Shown here: in pieces, positions 49,136 through 61,289 of the stretch
Layout of the letters: each line of letters opens with the position of its first letter
How positions within the stretch are numbered: the stretch's first letter is position 1
DNA from: Phyllobates terribilis
Taxonomy: Eukaryota
NCBI RefSeq assembly: GCF_046119375.1
Contig: NW_027362768.1
Location: forward strand, 311,798,001 to 311,862,000
Direction: 5' to 3'
Length of the DNA: 64,000 nucleotides
The notes under the pieces: generated by a model
Seen by the model: only the letters and a program-made list of their open reading frames with translations
Told to the model about the DNA's origin: nothing
Database searches by the model: none
Program-made: the position numbers and the translations under genes

Positions 49136-50429
49136 ATGACAACTTATTCAATATGATGAACTAATGTTATCAAATTCTGTGTCGTACCACTGGGATCAAA
49201 ATTTTCACTATACCCCTTGATAAAATCTTTGAGGGGTGTAGTTTTCAAAATGGAGTCACTTGGGGGGGGGGTTCCACTGTTTAGGCACATCAGGAACTCC
49301 CCAAACGCAACATGGCGTCCACTAATTATTTGAAACAAATTTTACATTCAAAAAGTCAAATGGCGCTCCTTCCCTTCCGAACCCTGCCGTGCGCCCAAAC
49401 AGTGGTTTTTCCCCACATATGGGTTATCAGCGTGCTCAGGAGGAATTGCACAACAAATTTTGGGGTTCATTTTTTAATGATACCCTTGCGAAAATAAAAA
49501 AATTGGGGTCTAAAGTAACATTTTTGTGAAAAAAAATAAATGTTCATTTTTTTTTCCACATTCCAAAAATTCTTGTGAAGCACCTGAAGGGTTAATAAAC
49601 TTCTTGAATGTGGTTTTGAGCACCTTGAGGGGTGCAATTTTTAAAATGGTGTCACTTTTGGGTATTTTCTGTCATAAAGGCCCCTCAATGTGATGTGGTC
49701 CCTAAAAAAATGATTTTGTAAATTTTGTTGTAAAAATGAGAAATCGTTGGTCAATTTTTAACCCTTATAGCTCCCTAATAGTGTTGAGCGAGCATGCTCG
49801 ACACTGCTCGGTACTCGCCCGAGCATCTCACTACTCGAGATGTTCGTCGAGCACCGAGCATTTCCGGGTTACTCGGGTGGGAGCTCGGGGCAACCCCCTG
49901 CACGTTTGGCACTCTTTGCAGAGCCAATGAACATGCAGGGATTGCCAGCCAGTCAATGTAATGCCGCAGCCATGTTGTTTGTGGGCATTACAGTGATTGG
50001 CTGGCCGCACAGCGTCACCTCGAGTATTTAAAACCGGGCGCCGTCATCTTGGACACAGTCGCTCCGGATCAGACAGTGTAGGGAGAGTGCTGCTGAGTTA
50101 GGGAGAGATATATGGTGCGAAATAGGTAGTGTAGGGTCTCTAAAGCCTGCCAAATCAAACAAACAGTCCTTCTCAGGACTAATATCCATCCCAGATATCA
50201 GGCAGGCAGGCTGTATAGGAGACGCAGTGGTTATACCAACAAACGCTGCATTACAGTCGTGTGTGTTCCTGTTGGTCAAATTGCTAGACTTATCCCCCGG
50301 TCTCAGGGGCCAGGAAAAATTCTTTTTTTTTTCATCTAAATCCTGTATTTTTTTTTTCCTCAGTCAGACTGTACAAATACGCGTCTTATTAACCTTTTGG
50401 TATCCCCCCCCCCCCCCAAAAAAAAAAAT

Positions 50430-51260
50430 GAGTGTGTCTGTGACTGTTCAGACGCCACTATATTTGTTTAAAAGAGTCTGGTGTAGGCCAGAGAAATAGA
50501 ACTGTGGTTTTGCAGTTCCACTGGTCAAATCTCTGTATTATCCTGCGTTAGGCATTTTTTGCCGTAAAAAAACTGTAATAGTGTCTCCCTGACTGTTCAG
50601 ACACAAATATATCTGTTTAAAAGAGTCTGGTGTAGGCCAGAGAAATAGAACTGTGGTTTTGCAGTTCCACGGGTCAACTCTCTGTATTATCCTGCTTTTG
50701 ATATTTTTTCCGTAAACAAAAACTGTAATAGTGTCTCCCTGACTATTCAGACACAAATATATCTGTTTAAAAGAGTCTGGTGTAGGCCAGAGAAATAGAA
50801 GTGTGGTTTTGCAGTTCCACGGGTCAAATCCCTGTATTATCCTGTTCTTGGCATTTTTTGGCGTAAAAAAAACTGTAATAGTGTCTCCCTGACTGTTCAG
50901 ACACAAATATATCTGTTTAAAAAAGTCTGGTGTAGGCCAGAGAAATAGAACTGTGGTTTTGCGGTTCCATGTGTCAAATCTCTGTATTATCCTGCTTTTG
51001 GCATTTTTTGCCGTAAAAAGAAACAGTAATAGTGTCTCCCTGACTGTTCAGACACAAATATATCTGTTTAAAAGAGTCTGGTGTAGGCCAGAGAAATAGA
51101 ACTGTGGTTTTGCAGTTCCACAGGTCAAATCTCTGTATTATCCTGCTTTTGGCATTTTTTGCCGTAAAAAAAATCTGTAATAGGGTCTCCCTGACTGTTC
51201 AGACACAAATATATCTGTTTAAAAGGGTCTGGTGTAGGCCAGAGAAATAGAACTGTGGTT
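50430..51260. repeat. Tandem repeat of about 150 bp, 5-6 copies
   Basis: ACACAAATATATCTGTTT recurs at about 50608, 50758, 50908, 51059 and 51210. Confidence 0.92.
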
Positions 51261-51343
51261 TTCCTCTTCCACGGTTCTAATCTCCTTTTTATTACCCTTT
51301 TTCCATTGATAGTGCGAGTGTAAGCTATTTTACTTAATTTACA

Positions 51344-54339
51344 ATGGGCAAGGCGCGTGGCAAGGGACGTGGAACTGGACTTTCTGGTGATGGTGCGTAT
51401 AGAGGACGGGACCTTTGCCAAGGTGAAAATGTGCCACAACCAACAGCCACATCTTCTCGCTCCCACTTCTTGACCGAATTACTAAGGAAGCTCACTACAA
51501 CACCAGTATTGCGAACTGATCAGTGTGAACAGGTTATTAATTGGATAGCAGATAATTTTTCCAGTTACCTGGGCACCACCACCTCCGGTCTGTCTTCCAC
51601 ACAGTCAAGTTTTAGTAGCCGTGAGTCTTGACCACATACTCCTCCTCACCCTGATGCTTCTTCCTCCCACCATGCCGAGTGTCATCAGACAGCAACTGAT
51701 CCCACAGTTGGACACTCTGAAGAACTGTTCACTGGTCCATTTCCATATTTGTGCCCCTTGTCTGCCCCACTTGAAGTGGTGGAAGAGGAGATCCCATGTA
51801 GCGATGCTCAAATATTTGAACAGCCACTGCCACAGGAAGTCGACGCTGGCAATTTTTCACAAGAGGTGGACGATGACGAGACACAATTGCCACGAAGTAA
51901 GGAGGAGGATCGTGGTGCGCAAGTGGAAGAGGAGGAGGTGGTGGATGATCTAGTAACTGACCCAACGTGGCAGGAGGACACGCAGAGCGAGGCCAGCAGC
52001 ACACAGGGGGAGGGAGGCAGAGTACCCCAACAGGCAGGAAGAAGCAGTGTTGTGGCCGCACACAGAAGGCGGGCAACAGTTCCCCGTAACACCAACACGA
52101 GGGACGTTGCCAGTACAACCGGTAGGTCTTCCAGAGTCTGGAATTTTTTTAAAGACTCTGCTGATAACCCCAAAAAGGCCATTTGTACCACCTGCCATGC
52201 CAGCATCAGCAGGGGTGACAAAACTACCAGCCTGACCACCACCAGCATGATCAGGCACATGTCAGCAAAGCACCCGACTTTGTGGGGCGAACCCCAGGGT
52301 CCATGACCAGTGTCAGCGGGTGTCACCACTGCTTCTTCCGCTGTTGTGCTTGTAATAGAACCCCCTGTTGTGCGTGCAAGGCAATCCCCTGTCCATACTG
52401 CATGCAAAGATGCCCCCTCCTCTCAGTCTTCACTTGTTATAGCAGTTTCTCAAGAAACAGCATCAACGTCCACGTCCCACGGCAGCGTTCAATTGTCCAT
52501 ATCCCAGAGCTTTGAACAAAAGCGCAAATTCACAGCCAACGCCCCACAGGCCACAGTCCTAAATTCGCACATTTCACGACTGCTTGCGTTGGAAATGCTG
52601 CCTTTTAGGCTGGTGGAGACGGAATCCTTCCGCAACCTTATGGTGGTGGCCGTCCCTCGGTACTCGGTCCCCAGCCAACACTATTTTGCCCGGTGTGCCA
52701 TCCCCGCACTACACAAGCACGTGTCCCAAAACATCTGCCGTGCCCTCAACAACGCAGTTCCTGGGAGAGTCCACCTGACAACGGACACATGGACAAGTGC
52801 TTGTGGCCAGGGACGGTACATCTCCCTGACAGCACACTGGGTAAACATAGTGGAAGCCGGGACCTAGTCGGACCTTGGGACTTAACACATCCTCCCCCCA
52901 CCGGGGATTGCGGGCCCTATGTCAGTCAGAGTTGCCCCCACAGTGTACAGCTCCTGAGCATCATCCGCCTCCTCCTCCTCATGTTCAACCTCCATCTCAG
53001 ATATCACCATATCAGTTACAAGCTGGAAGCACTGCTGTACTGCCTCAGCCAAGCGGCAACAAGCTGTGCTGAAACTCATAAGCTTAGGTGATAAACCTCA
53101 CACTGCTTGTGAGTTGTGGACAGCTGTGAAAGAGCAGGCAGATCTTTGGCTGAGACCGCTGAACCTACATCCAGGCATGGTCGTGTGTGACAATGGCCGT
53201 AACCTGGTGGCGGCACTGAGGCGAGGCGAGATCACAAACGTACCATGCCTGGCTCATGTGCTTAACCAAGATGGTGAGTGGCGATGACACCATCATTAGC
53301 GTCAGCATCCCACTTGTCTGTCTTTTGCACCGCTCTCTGCAGAGAATTAAAGAGGAGGCATTGCAGCCAGAGTATGATGAGATGGATCAAGAAGCCGTAG
53401 CGGGCGATTACACACAGCCCAGCCTCATCTCATCCCAACGTGCATTGGGGGACAATGAGGCATTGGAGGAGGAAGAGGAAGAGCAGGAGCTGTTATCATG
53501 CGCTGTAGACGGTAGTACCTGTACAACTGTCATTCCGTCGGTTCAGCGTGGGTGGCCTGAGGACAGGGGGGAGGAGGAGGAGGAGAGCATGGTCAGTCGT
53601 CATCTTGGTGAGGACACGGAAGTCTTGCCCGTTACCAGTCTGGCACGCATGGCTGACTTTATGTTATGCTGCCTTAACCGTGACCCTCGCGTTGTCAAAA
53701 TGTTGGGTGACGGTCATTACTGGTTGGTGACACTTGTAGACCCCCGCTACAAGGAGAACTTTAACTCTCTTATTCCTGAGGTGGAGAGGTCTACAAAAAT
53801 GTGGCAGTACCAGAAGGCCCTTGCTGCAGAACTGTTAAAAAAATTCCCATCTGAACATGCTAGCGGCAGAGGTCACAGTTCGTTGACCAACCAAGGCGTA
53901 CAGGCGAGAGAGACGCAACTCCAATCCAGCAGAGGCAGGGGAACACTGTCAACATTCTGGGACAGTTTTCTGAGAGCCGCCCAGCTTACAGGCCCTGAGG
54001 TGCTTGGTACTCCCACAAGGAGTGGAAAGTTTCAAAAGATGGTGAGGGAGTACCTTGCCAACCGAACCAGCATCCTCTGTGATTCCTCTGTGCCTTTTAG
54101 TTATTGAGTATCCAAGCTGGACACTTGAAATGAACTTGCTCTGTACGCCTTGGAGGTCCTGGCCTGCCCTGGCGCTAGCGTGTTATCGGAGCGTGTTTTT
54201 AGTGCCGCTGGGGGAATTATAACTGATAAGCGCACTCGCCTGCCAACTGACAATGCTGACAAGCTGACCCTTATCAAAATGAACAAGGGCTGGATTGGGC
54301 CAGACTTCTCATCACCACCAAATGACAGCAGAGTAACAT
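51344..54339 (+). pseudogene. hAT transposase (BED finger, DDE core, dimerisation domain), disrupted
   Basis: WNFF..AICTTC..IRHMSAKH, HLTTDTW, VCDNG, CLAHVLN, SERVFSAAG..ITDKRTRL; several stops and an apparent internal deletion after CLAHVLN. Confidence 0.92.
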
Positions 54340-54629
54340 AAAGTCAAATCTACTGTGTTATTTCGGGAGGTGTATTCCCATGCACCGCTTCACACCCACA
54401 CATGGGTATACGCTTCCTCATTTCGGCTGTTTTTTGCTCTTCTCCTTATCCTCAGCCGCCACCACCACTATACCACCAGGGTGACCGTGGTCCGTGTTGC
54501 CAGCATTGCAACTTCCTCCGTCCTAATTTTTTGGCAGCTTTTGCTTGGAAAGCATAGGCAAAGACTATGGGAGACCCACTCCCCAATAATGGGAATAATG
54601 TTTTTAATATGCTGTACTGCATGGCTCTT

Positions 54630-56496
54630 GTAAGGGGCATTAAAATCATCTTGTTAAGCTACTGCGACCTCCACGTCTCTTCCAAGGGGCATTAAAACCG
54701 TCTTGTTAAGCTACTGTGACCTCCACCACTTTTCCAAAGGGCATTGATATTGTCTTTTTATTCCACTGCGACCTCCACCATTCTTCCAAGGGCCATTAAA
54801 ACCGTCTTGTTAAGCTACTGCGACCTCCACGTCTCTTCCAAGGGGCATTAAAACCTTCTTGTTAAGATACTGTGACCTCCATGTCTCTTCCATGGGGCAT
54901 TAAAACCATTTTGTTAAGCTACTGCGACCTCCACCACTTTTCCAAGGAGCATTAAAACCGTCTTGTTAAGCTACTGCGACCTCCACCATTCTTCCAAGGG
55001 GCATTAAAACCGTCTTGTTAAGCTACTGCGACCTCCACCACTTTTCCAAGGGGCATTAAAACCTTCTTGTTAAGCTACTGCAACCTCCACGTCTCTTCCA
55101 AGGGGCATTAAAACCGTCTTGTTAAGCTACTGCGACCTCCACGTCTCTTCCAAGGGGCATTAAAATCGTCTTGTTAAGCTACTGCGACCTCCACCACTTT
55201 TCCAAGGGGCATTAAAACCGTCTTGTTAAGCTACTGCGACCTCCACCATTCTTCCAAGGAGCATTAAAACCATCTTGTTAAGCTACTGCGACCTCCACGT
55301 CTCTTCCAAGGGGCATTAAAACCGTCTTGTTAAGCTACTGCGACCTCCACCACTTTTTCAAGGGGCATTAAAACCTTCTTGTTAAGCTACTGCGACCTCC
55401 ACGTCTCTTCCAAGGGGCATTAAAACCATCTTGTTAAGCTACTGCAACCTCCACCACCTTTCCAAGGGGCATTAAAACCGTCTTTTTAGGCTACTGCGAC
55501 CTCTATGTCTCTTACAAGTGGCATTAAAACCTTCCTGTTAAGCTACTGCGACCTCCACGTCTCTTCCAAGGGGCATTAAAACCGTCTTGTTAATCTACTG
55601 CGACCTCCACCACTCTTCCAAGGGGCAGTAAAACCGTTTTATTAAGCTGCTGCGACCTCCACGTCTCTTTCAAATGGCATTAAAACCATTTTGTTAAGCT
55701 ACTGCGACCTCCAACACTTTTCCAAGGGGCATTAAAACCGTCTTATTAAGCTACTGCGACCTCCACGTCTCTTCCAAGGGGCATTAAAACCGTCTTGTTA
55801 AGCTACTGCGACCTGCACAGCTCTTCCAAGGGGCATTAAAACCGTCTTGTTAAGCTACTGTGACCTCTACCACTCTTCCAAGGGGCATTGATATTGTCTC
55901 TTTATTCCTCTGCGACCTCCACTACTCTTCCAAGGGGCATTAAAACCGTCTTGTTAAGCTAGTGCGACCTCCACCACTTTTCCAAGGGGCATTAAAACCT
56001 TCTTGTTAAGCTACTGCAACCTCCACGTCTCTTCCAAGGGGCATTAAAACCGTCTTGTTAAGCTACTGCGACCTTCACGTCTCTTCTAAGGGGCATTAAA
56101 ACCGTCTTGTTAAGCTACTGCGACCTCCACCACTTTTCCAAGGGGCATTGATATTGTCTTTTTATTCCACTGCGACCTCCACCATTCTTCCAAGGGGCAT
56201 TAAAACCGTCTTGTTAAGCTACTGCGACCTCTACGTCTTTTTCAAGGGGCATTAAAACCGTCTTGTTAAGATACTGCGACCTCCACCACTTTTCCAAGGG
56301 GCATTAAAACCGTCTTGTTAAGCTACTGCGACCTCCACCATTCTTCCAAGGAGCATTAAAACCGTCTTGTTAAGCTACTGCGACCTCCACGTCTCTTCCA
56401 AGGGGCATTAAAACCGTCTTGTTAAGCTACTGCGACCTCCACCACTTTTTCAAGGGGCATTAAAACCTTCTTGTTAAGCTACTACCACCTCCACGT
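54630..56496. repeat. 52-bp satellite, about 36 copies
   Basis: Unit AAGGGGCATTAAAACCGTCTTGTTAAGCTACTGCGACCTCCACGTCTCTTCC. Confidence 0.95.
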
Positions 56497-59209
56497 TGTA
56501 GCGTCGGCGTCCCTGCCTCCTGCTAGGCAGGGACGCTGTTCCCCTCACCTCTCCGCTCCGTGCCCGGCGTCCTCCTCCCGCTCTGCTGGCAGCGCGCGCT
56601 GCTTCCCGGCCACTGTGCTTAGGGCGCGCGTGCGCTCCCCCTCTCTTAAAGGGGCCGCGCGCGCCGTCCTAAGGAGTCCCCGGCCAATGGCCGGAGGGCC
56701 TCACCATATTTAAGGCACCTCCTCCAAAATGGAGGTGCCCGAGCAATGTTGTTGCATAGCCTATCACTCTGCTCCAGCCCTCAGGTCCCGTTACCAGATA
56801 CCTGCCAGTTACCTGCCAGATTCCTGCTTCATACCTGCCTGATACTTGCATTCCTGCGGTCCGACAGTCTACCTACCAGCCCTGCCAGTCTGTCTATGCA
56901 TCTGATTGCCCGCTCACCTGGGAGCGCTCATCTGCTACCTGCCTGCTAGCCTACCTGGAGGCTCTGCCGTCACATGCTGTGACCACCTGCCTGTCCAGAG
57001 ACTCTTGCCCGCTCACCTGGGAGTGTCCACCTGCTACCTGCCTGCTAGTCTACCTGGAGGCTCTGCCGTCACGTGCTGTGACCACCTGCCTGTCCAGAGA
57101 CTCTTACCCGCTCACCTGGGAGCGTCCGCCTGCTACCTGCCTGCTAGCCTACCTGGAGGCTCTGCTGTCACCTGCTGTGACAACCTGCCTGTCCAGAGAC
57201 TCTTACCCGCTCACCTGGGAGCGTCCGCCTGCTACCTGCCTGCTAGCCTACCTGGAGGCTCTGCCGTCACCTGCTGTGACCACCTGCCTGTCCAGAGACT
57301 CTTGCCCGCTCACCTGGGAGCGTCCACCTGCTACCTGCCTGCTAGCCTACCTGGAGGCTTAGCCATCACTTGCTGTGACCACCTGCCTGTCCAGAGACTC
57401 TTGCCCGCTCACCTGGGAGCGTCCACCTGCTACCCGCCTGCTAGCCTATCTGGAGGCTTAGCCGTCACTTGCCGTGACCACCCGCCTGTCCAGAGACTGT
57501 CCCCGTCACTTGCCGTGACCTCCTGCCCTTCTACCCAGAGACTGTCCCCGTCACTTGCCGTGATCTCCTGCCCTTCTACCCAGAGACTGTCCCCGTCACT
57601 TGCCGTGATCTCCTGCCCTTCTACCCAGAGACTGTCCCCGTCACTTGCCGTGACTACCTGCCCGCCTACCCTGGGAGCCACCCTCTTCCTTACAAGGACT
57701 GGCCCTTTGTATCGTTGCTCAGAGGTTCCACCTCCCAGACCCGTTACAGTTTGCTCAGGCCATGGAACCCGGTGGCACCCAAGCTCCCTCGCTCTCGGAT
57801 CTATGTTATGAACTGTCCCGTCAGAGGTCCCAACAGGAGTCCATCCTGAGTCATCTGCGGAATTTCAACTCTCGCCTGGACACTCTGACTGCTCCACCAG
57901 CAACCACCGCTAGTGTCATGACTCGCAGCCCGGCAGCTCCGCTGCCCACCAATACCATGGCATCCTGCTCCGGACCCCGGCTTTCTGCACCTCCTCGCTT
58001 CGGAGGCGACCCCGCTCAAGCTCGGGGCTTCATAAACCAGTGCACCCTGCACTTTGAACTCCTGAGCCACCAGTTTATCTCCGACGGGCCAAAGTAGCCT
58101 TCATCATGTCCCATCTCACGGGGGAGGCACTGGCTTGGCTAAATCCTCTATGGGAGAGAGGAGACCCCCTGGTGTCCAACCTGCCAGCCTTTCTCACGGC
58201 TTTCCGGAAAGTCTTCGACGAACCCGGACGGAAGACCTCATCCGCATCATCTCTGCTACGCCTCCATCAAGGAAATCTCACCGTGGGCCAATATGCCATA
58301 CGGTTCCGTACCCTTGCTTCGGAGCTGGCCTGGTATAACGACGCCCTGGTGTCTGTCTTTTGGGATGGTCTGTCCGGCCGTATTAAAGATGAACTCGCCG
58401 GTCGGGACATTCCTACCACTCTCGACGACTTAATAACTCTTGCCACCCGGATTGACATCCGGTTCCAGGAACGCGCCAAAGAGGTCACCCGTGAGAGGAG
58501 GTTTCCACGTCTAGCCCCTACGTTTCAGAAATCTGTCACTTCTCCCGGTACTTCCCAGGCACACTCACCCGAGCCTATGCAGGTCGACCAGACCAAGATG
58601 GTCAAGACCCGTCAAGAGTTACGCCGAGCCGAGGGGAGCTGCTTCTACTGTGGCAGTAAGGAGCACCGGATCCGTTCCTGCCCGGAGAGGTCGGGAAACG
58701 CCTGTGTCTAGGATCGCTCAGAGAGGTCGCCCTAGACAGAAGTAAACCCTCTCCATCTCTGTTGCTGTCGGTCTCTATCATCTGCGGGGAGAACCGTTAT
58801 TTTGAACTAGCCCAACTTGACTCTGGAGCTGCCGGAAATCTCATTTCTCAGTCCCTGGTAGAGAAATACCGCATTCCCACCAAACCTCTGGCTGTACCCT
58901 TATCTGTCGCTGCCGTGGATGGTGGCCTCTTACCACATCCCATCCAACTCATCACCGAATCCATAACCCTGCAGGTGGGAATGCTGCACTCTGAGAGCAT
59001 CTTATTTCATGTTCTGCCTGGACTCTCTCACGCCCTCTTGCTAGGCCTACCTTGGCTTCAGAAACATGCACCCGTGCTTGATTGGCAGACCGGAGACAGG
59101 ACTCCCGTAAGACTTGTTTAGTTCCCGTCCATCCTGTCCGTCCTTCTCCTACCCCAGCCAATCTACCTGGTCTTCCGGTTCCCTATTGGTCTTATGCGGA
59201 CGTCTTTAA
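56497..59209 (+). mobile_element. Gypsy family B, 5' part (LTR 56497-57748, gag, protease), cut by element D copy 2
   Basis: TGTAGCGTCGG...CCGTTACA LTR; gag ORFs 57762-58097 and 58106-58711; protease DSGA in 58762-59121. Confidence 0.93.
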
Positions 59210-60695
59210 CCCCTTAATAACATCTGACGTACTAATACGCGTCTGTGCCCTGGGACTTAAGAGCCAGACCCGTATTAGTACGTCATGGCGATCGCGCGCG
59301 CACACAGGCTGTGCGGGCGCGATCGCCGCCGGGTGTCAGCTGATTGTCACAGCTGACACCCGGTACTATGTGCAGGGAGCGGTCACGCACCGCTCCCAGC
59401 ACATTAACCCCCGCGATGCTGCGATCGAAGTCGATCGAAGTCGATCGCGGCATTGCGGGGGCAAGGGGAGGTGATCGCCGATACTCACCTCCTCTTCCGG
59501 CTTCCAGCGCAGTCTGCAAAGGCTTCCCGGGTGTTGCCATGACGACCCGATGTCGTCATGACAACATCCGGGTCACCAGAGAGCAGGAAGATTGCTTGGA
59601 CATGCGCAGTGCATCTCCAAGCAATCTTCACACTGTGCACTTCTGACAGCCTTCATGGCATAGGGATGGTGCTCCATTCCTGTGCCATGCAGGCGATCAG
59701 AAAAAAAAAAGTGAAAGTCCCAGAGTGGGACAAAGTAATAAAGTGTATAAACTGTGTGAAAGTGGAAAAAAAAAAAAAAAAAAATGTGCAAAAATATTAT
59801 AAAAAAATAAAAAAAATAATACACCAAAAATAAAAATATAATGTACCCATCAATAAATATTATTATAAAAAAAATAAAAAAAAAACAATAAAAGTACACA
59901 TATTTGGTATCGCCGCGTCCGGAACAACCTGACCTATAAAACTGTCCCACTAGTTAACCCCTTCAGTGAACACGGTAAAAAAAAAAAAAAAAAAACCAAG
60001 CAAAAAACAATGCTTTATCACCATACCGCCAAACAAAAAGTGGAATAACACGCGATCAAAAAGACGCATATAAATAAAAATGATACCGCTGAAAACGTCA
60101 TCTCGTCCCGCAAAAAACAAGCCGCCATATAGCTCCATCAGCCGAAAAATAAAAAAGTTATAGCTCTCAGAATAAAGCGATACTAAAAAATATTTTTTTC
60201 TATAAAAAAGCTTTTATTGTGTATAAGCGCCAAAACATAGAAAAATTATACAAATGTGGTACCGCTGTAAACGTACTGACCCGAAGAGTAAAGCTGCCTC
60301 ATCAATTTTACCACACGCGGAACAGAATAAAAAAAAAAAAAAAAAACAATTCCTGAATTGTTGGTTTTTGTTTATTCTGCCTCCCAAAAATCGGAATAGA
60401 AAGCGATCAAAAAATGTCACGTGCCTGAAAATGGCACCAATAACAACGTCAAGTCATCCCGCAAAAAACGAGCCGTCACATGACTGTCTGCCAAAATTTG
60501 GAAAAATTATAGCTCTCAAAATATGGCGATGCAAAAACTAGATTTTACAAAAAATGCGTCTTTTAGTGTGTGACAGCTGTCAGTCATAAAAACCCCATAT
60601 GATTCTGGCATTGCTGTAATCACACCGACCCGAAGAATAAAGTCGTCTAATCACTTATACCGCACAAGGAACGGCGTCAAAAATAAACTCTTGAG

Positions 60696-60849
60696 TTAGG
60701 ATTGGGCTAGGGTTAGGGCTGGGTTTGGGGCTAGGGTTGTGCTGGGGCTAGGGTTGTGCTGGGGCTAGGGTTGTGCTGGGGCTAGGGTTGTGCTGGGGCT
60801 AGGGTTGTGCTGGGGCTAGGGTTGTGCTAGGGTTAGGGCTGGGGTTGGG
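60696..60849 (+). repeat. Telomere-like minisatellite, second copy
   Basis: GGGCTAGGGTTGTGCTG 17-mers at the position homologous to 48524-48778. Confidence 0.85.
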
Positions 60850-61289
60850 ATTTTTTTCAAAAGTAAGAAAAAAAGATGACGATATGGCGACTAGTGTTGA
60901 GAGCAAGTGCTCGCTACTTGAGTTTGCATCGGGTGCTCTGGTATGCATTTAGTATCGTGGGTATTTGAGTGACATGCTCGAGTCTCTGCCCCATATGCTT
61001 CGCGGCCAAAAAACTTTACGGGGATTGCCTGCCATGCACGAGCGATCCCCGCATGTTTTTTTTTGGGTGTCTAATAACCGTGAAACATGCGGAGCAGGGA
61101 CTCGAGCATGTCACTCGAGCACACGCTGTACATGGTGCATACCTGAGTACCCGATGCAAACTCAAGTAGCGAGCACTTGCGCTCAAGAATAATGAAAACT
61201 TATTCAATATGATGACCTAATGTAAACAAATAATGTGCCGTACCTCTGGGTTCAAAATGTTCACTATACACCTTAATAAAATCTTTGAG

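Larger units (their letters stand above)
47257..49778 (+). mobile_element. Non-autonomous piggyBac-like element D, copy 1 (interrupted by hAT)
   Basis: Begins TTAA|CCCCTT inside the Harbinger codons TTT AA; homologous to 59210-61330. Confidence 0.75.
49779..56496 (+). mobile_element. hAT (BED-finger) DNA transposon; right part cut by Gypsy B
   Basis: Left end TAGTGTTGAGCGAGC with CTCG-rich subterminal repeats and a transposase remnant. Confidence 0.85.

Noticed and set aside
51344-54339. Possible domesticated ZBED-type gene
   Set aside because: Multiple stops, frameshifts and an internal deletion, and it still sits within transposon ends.
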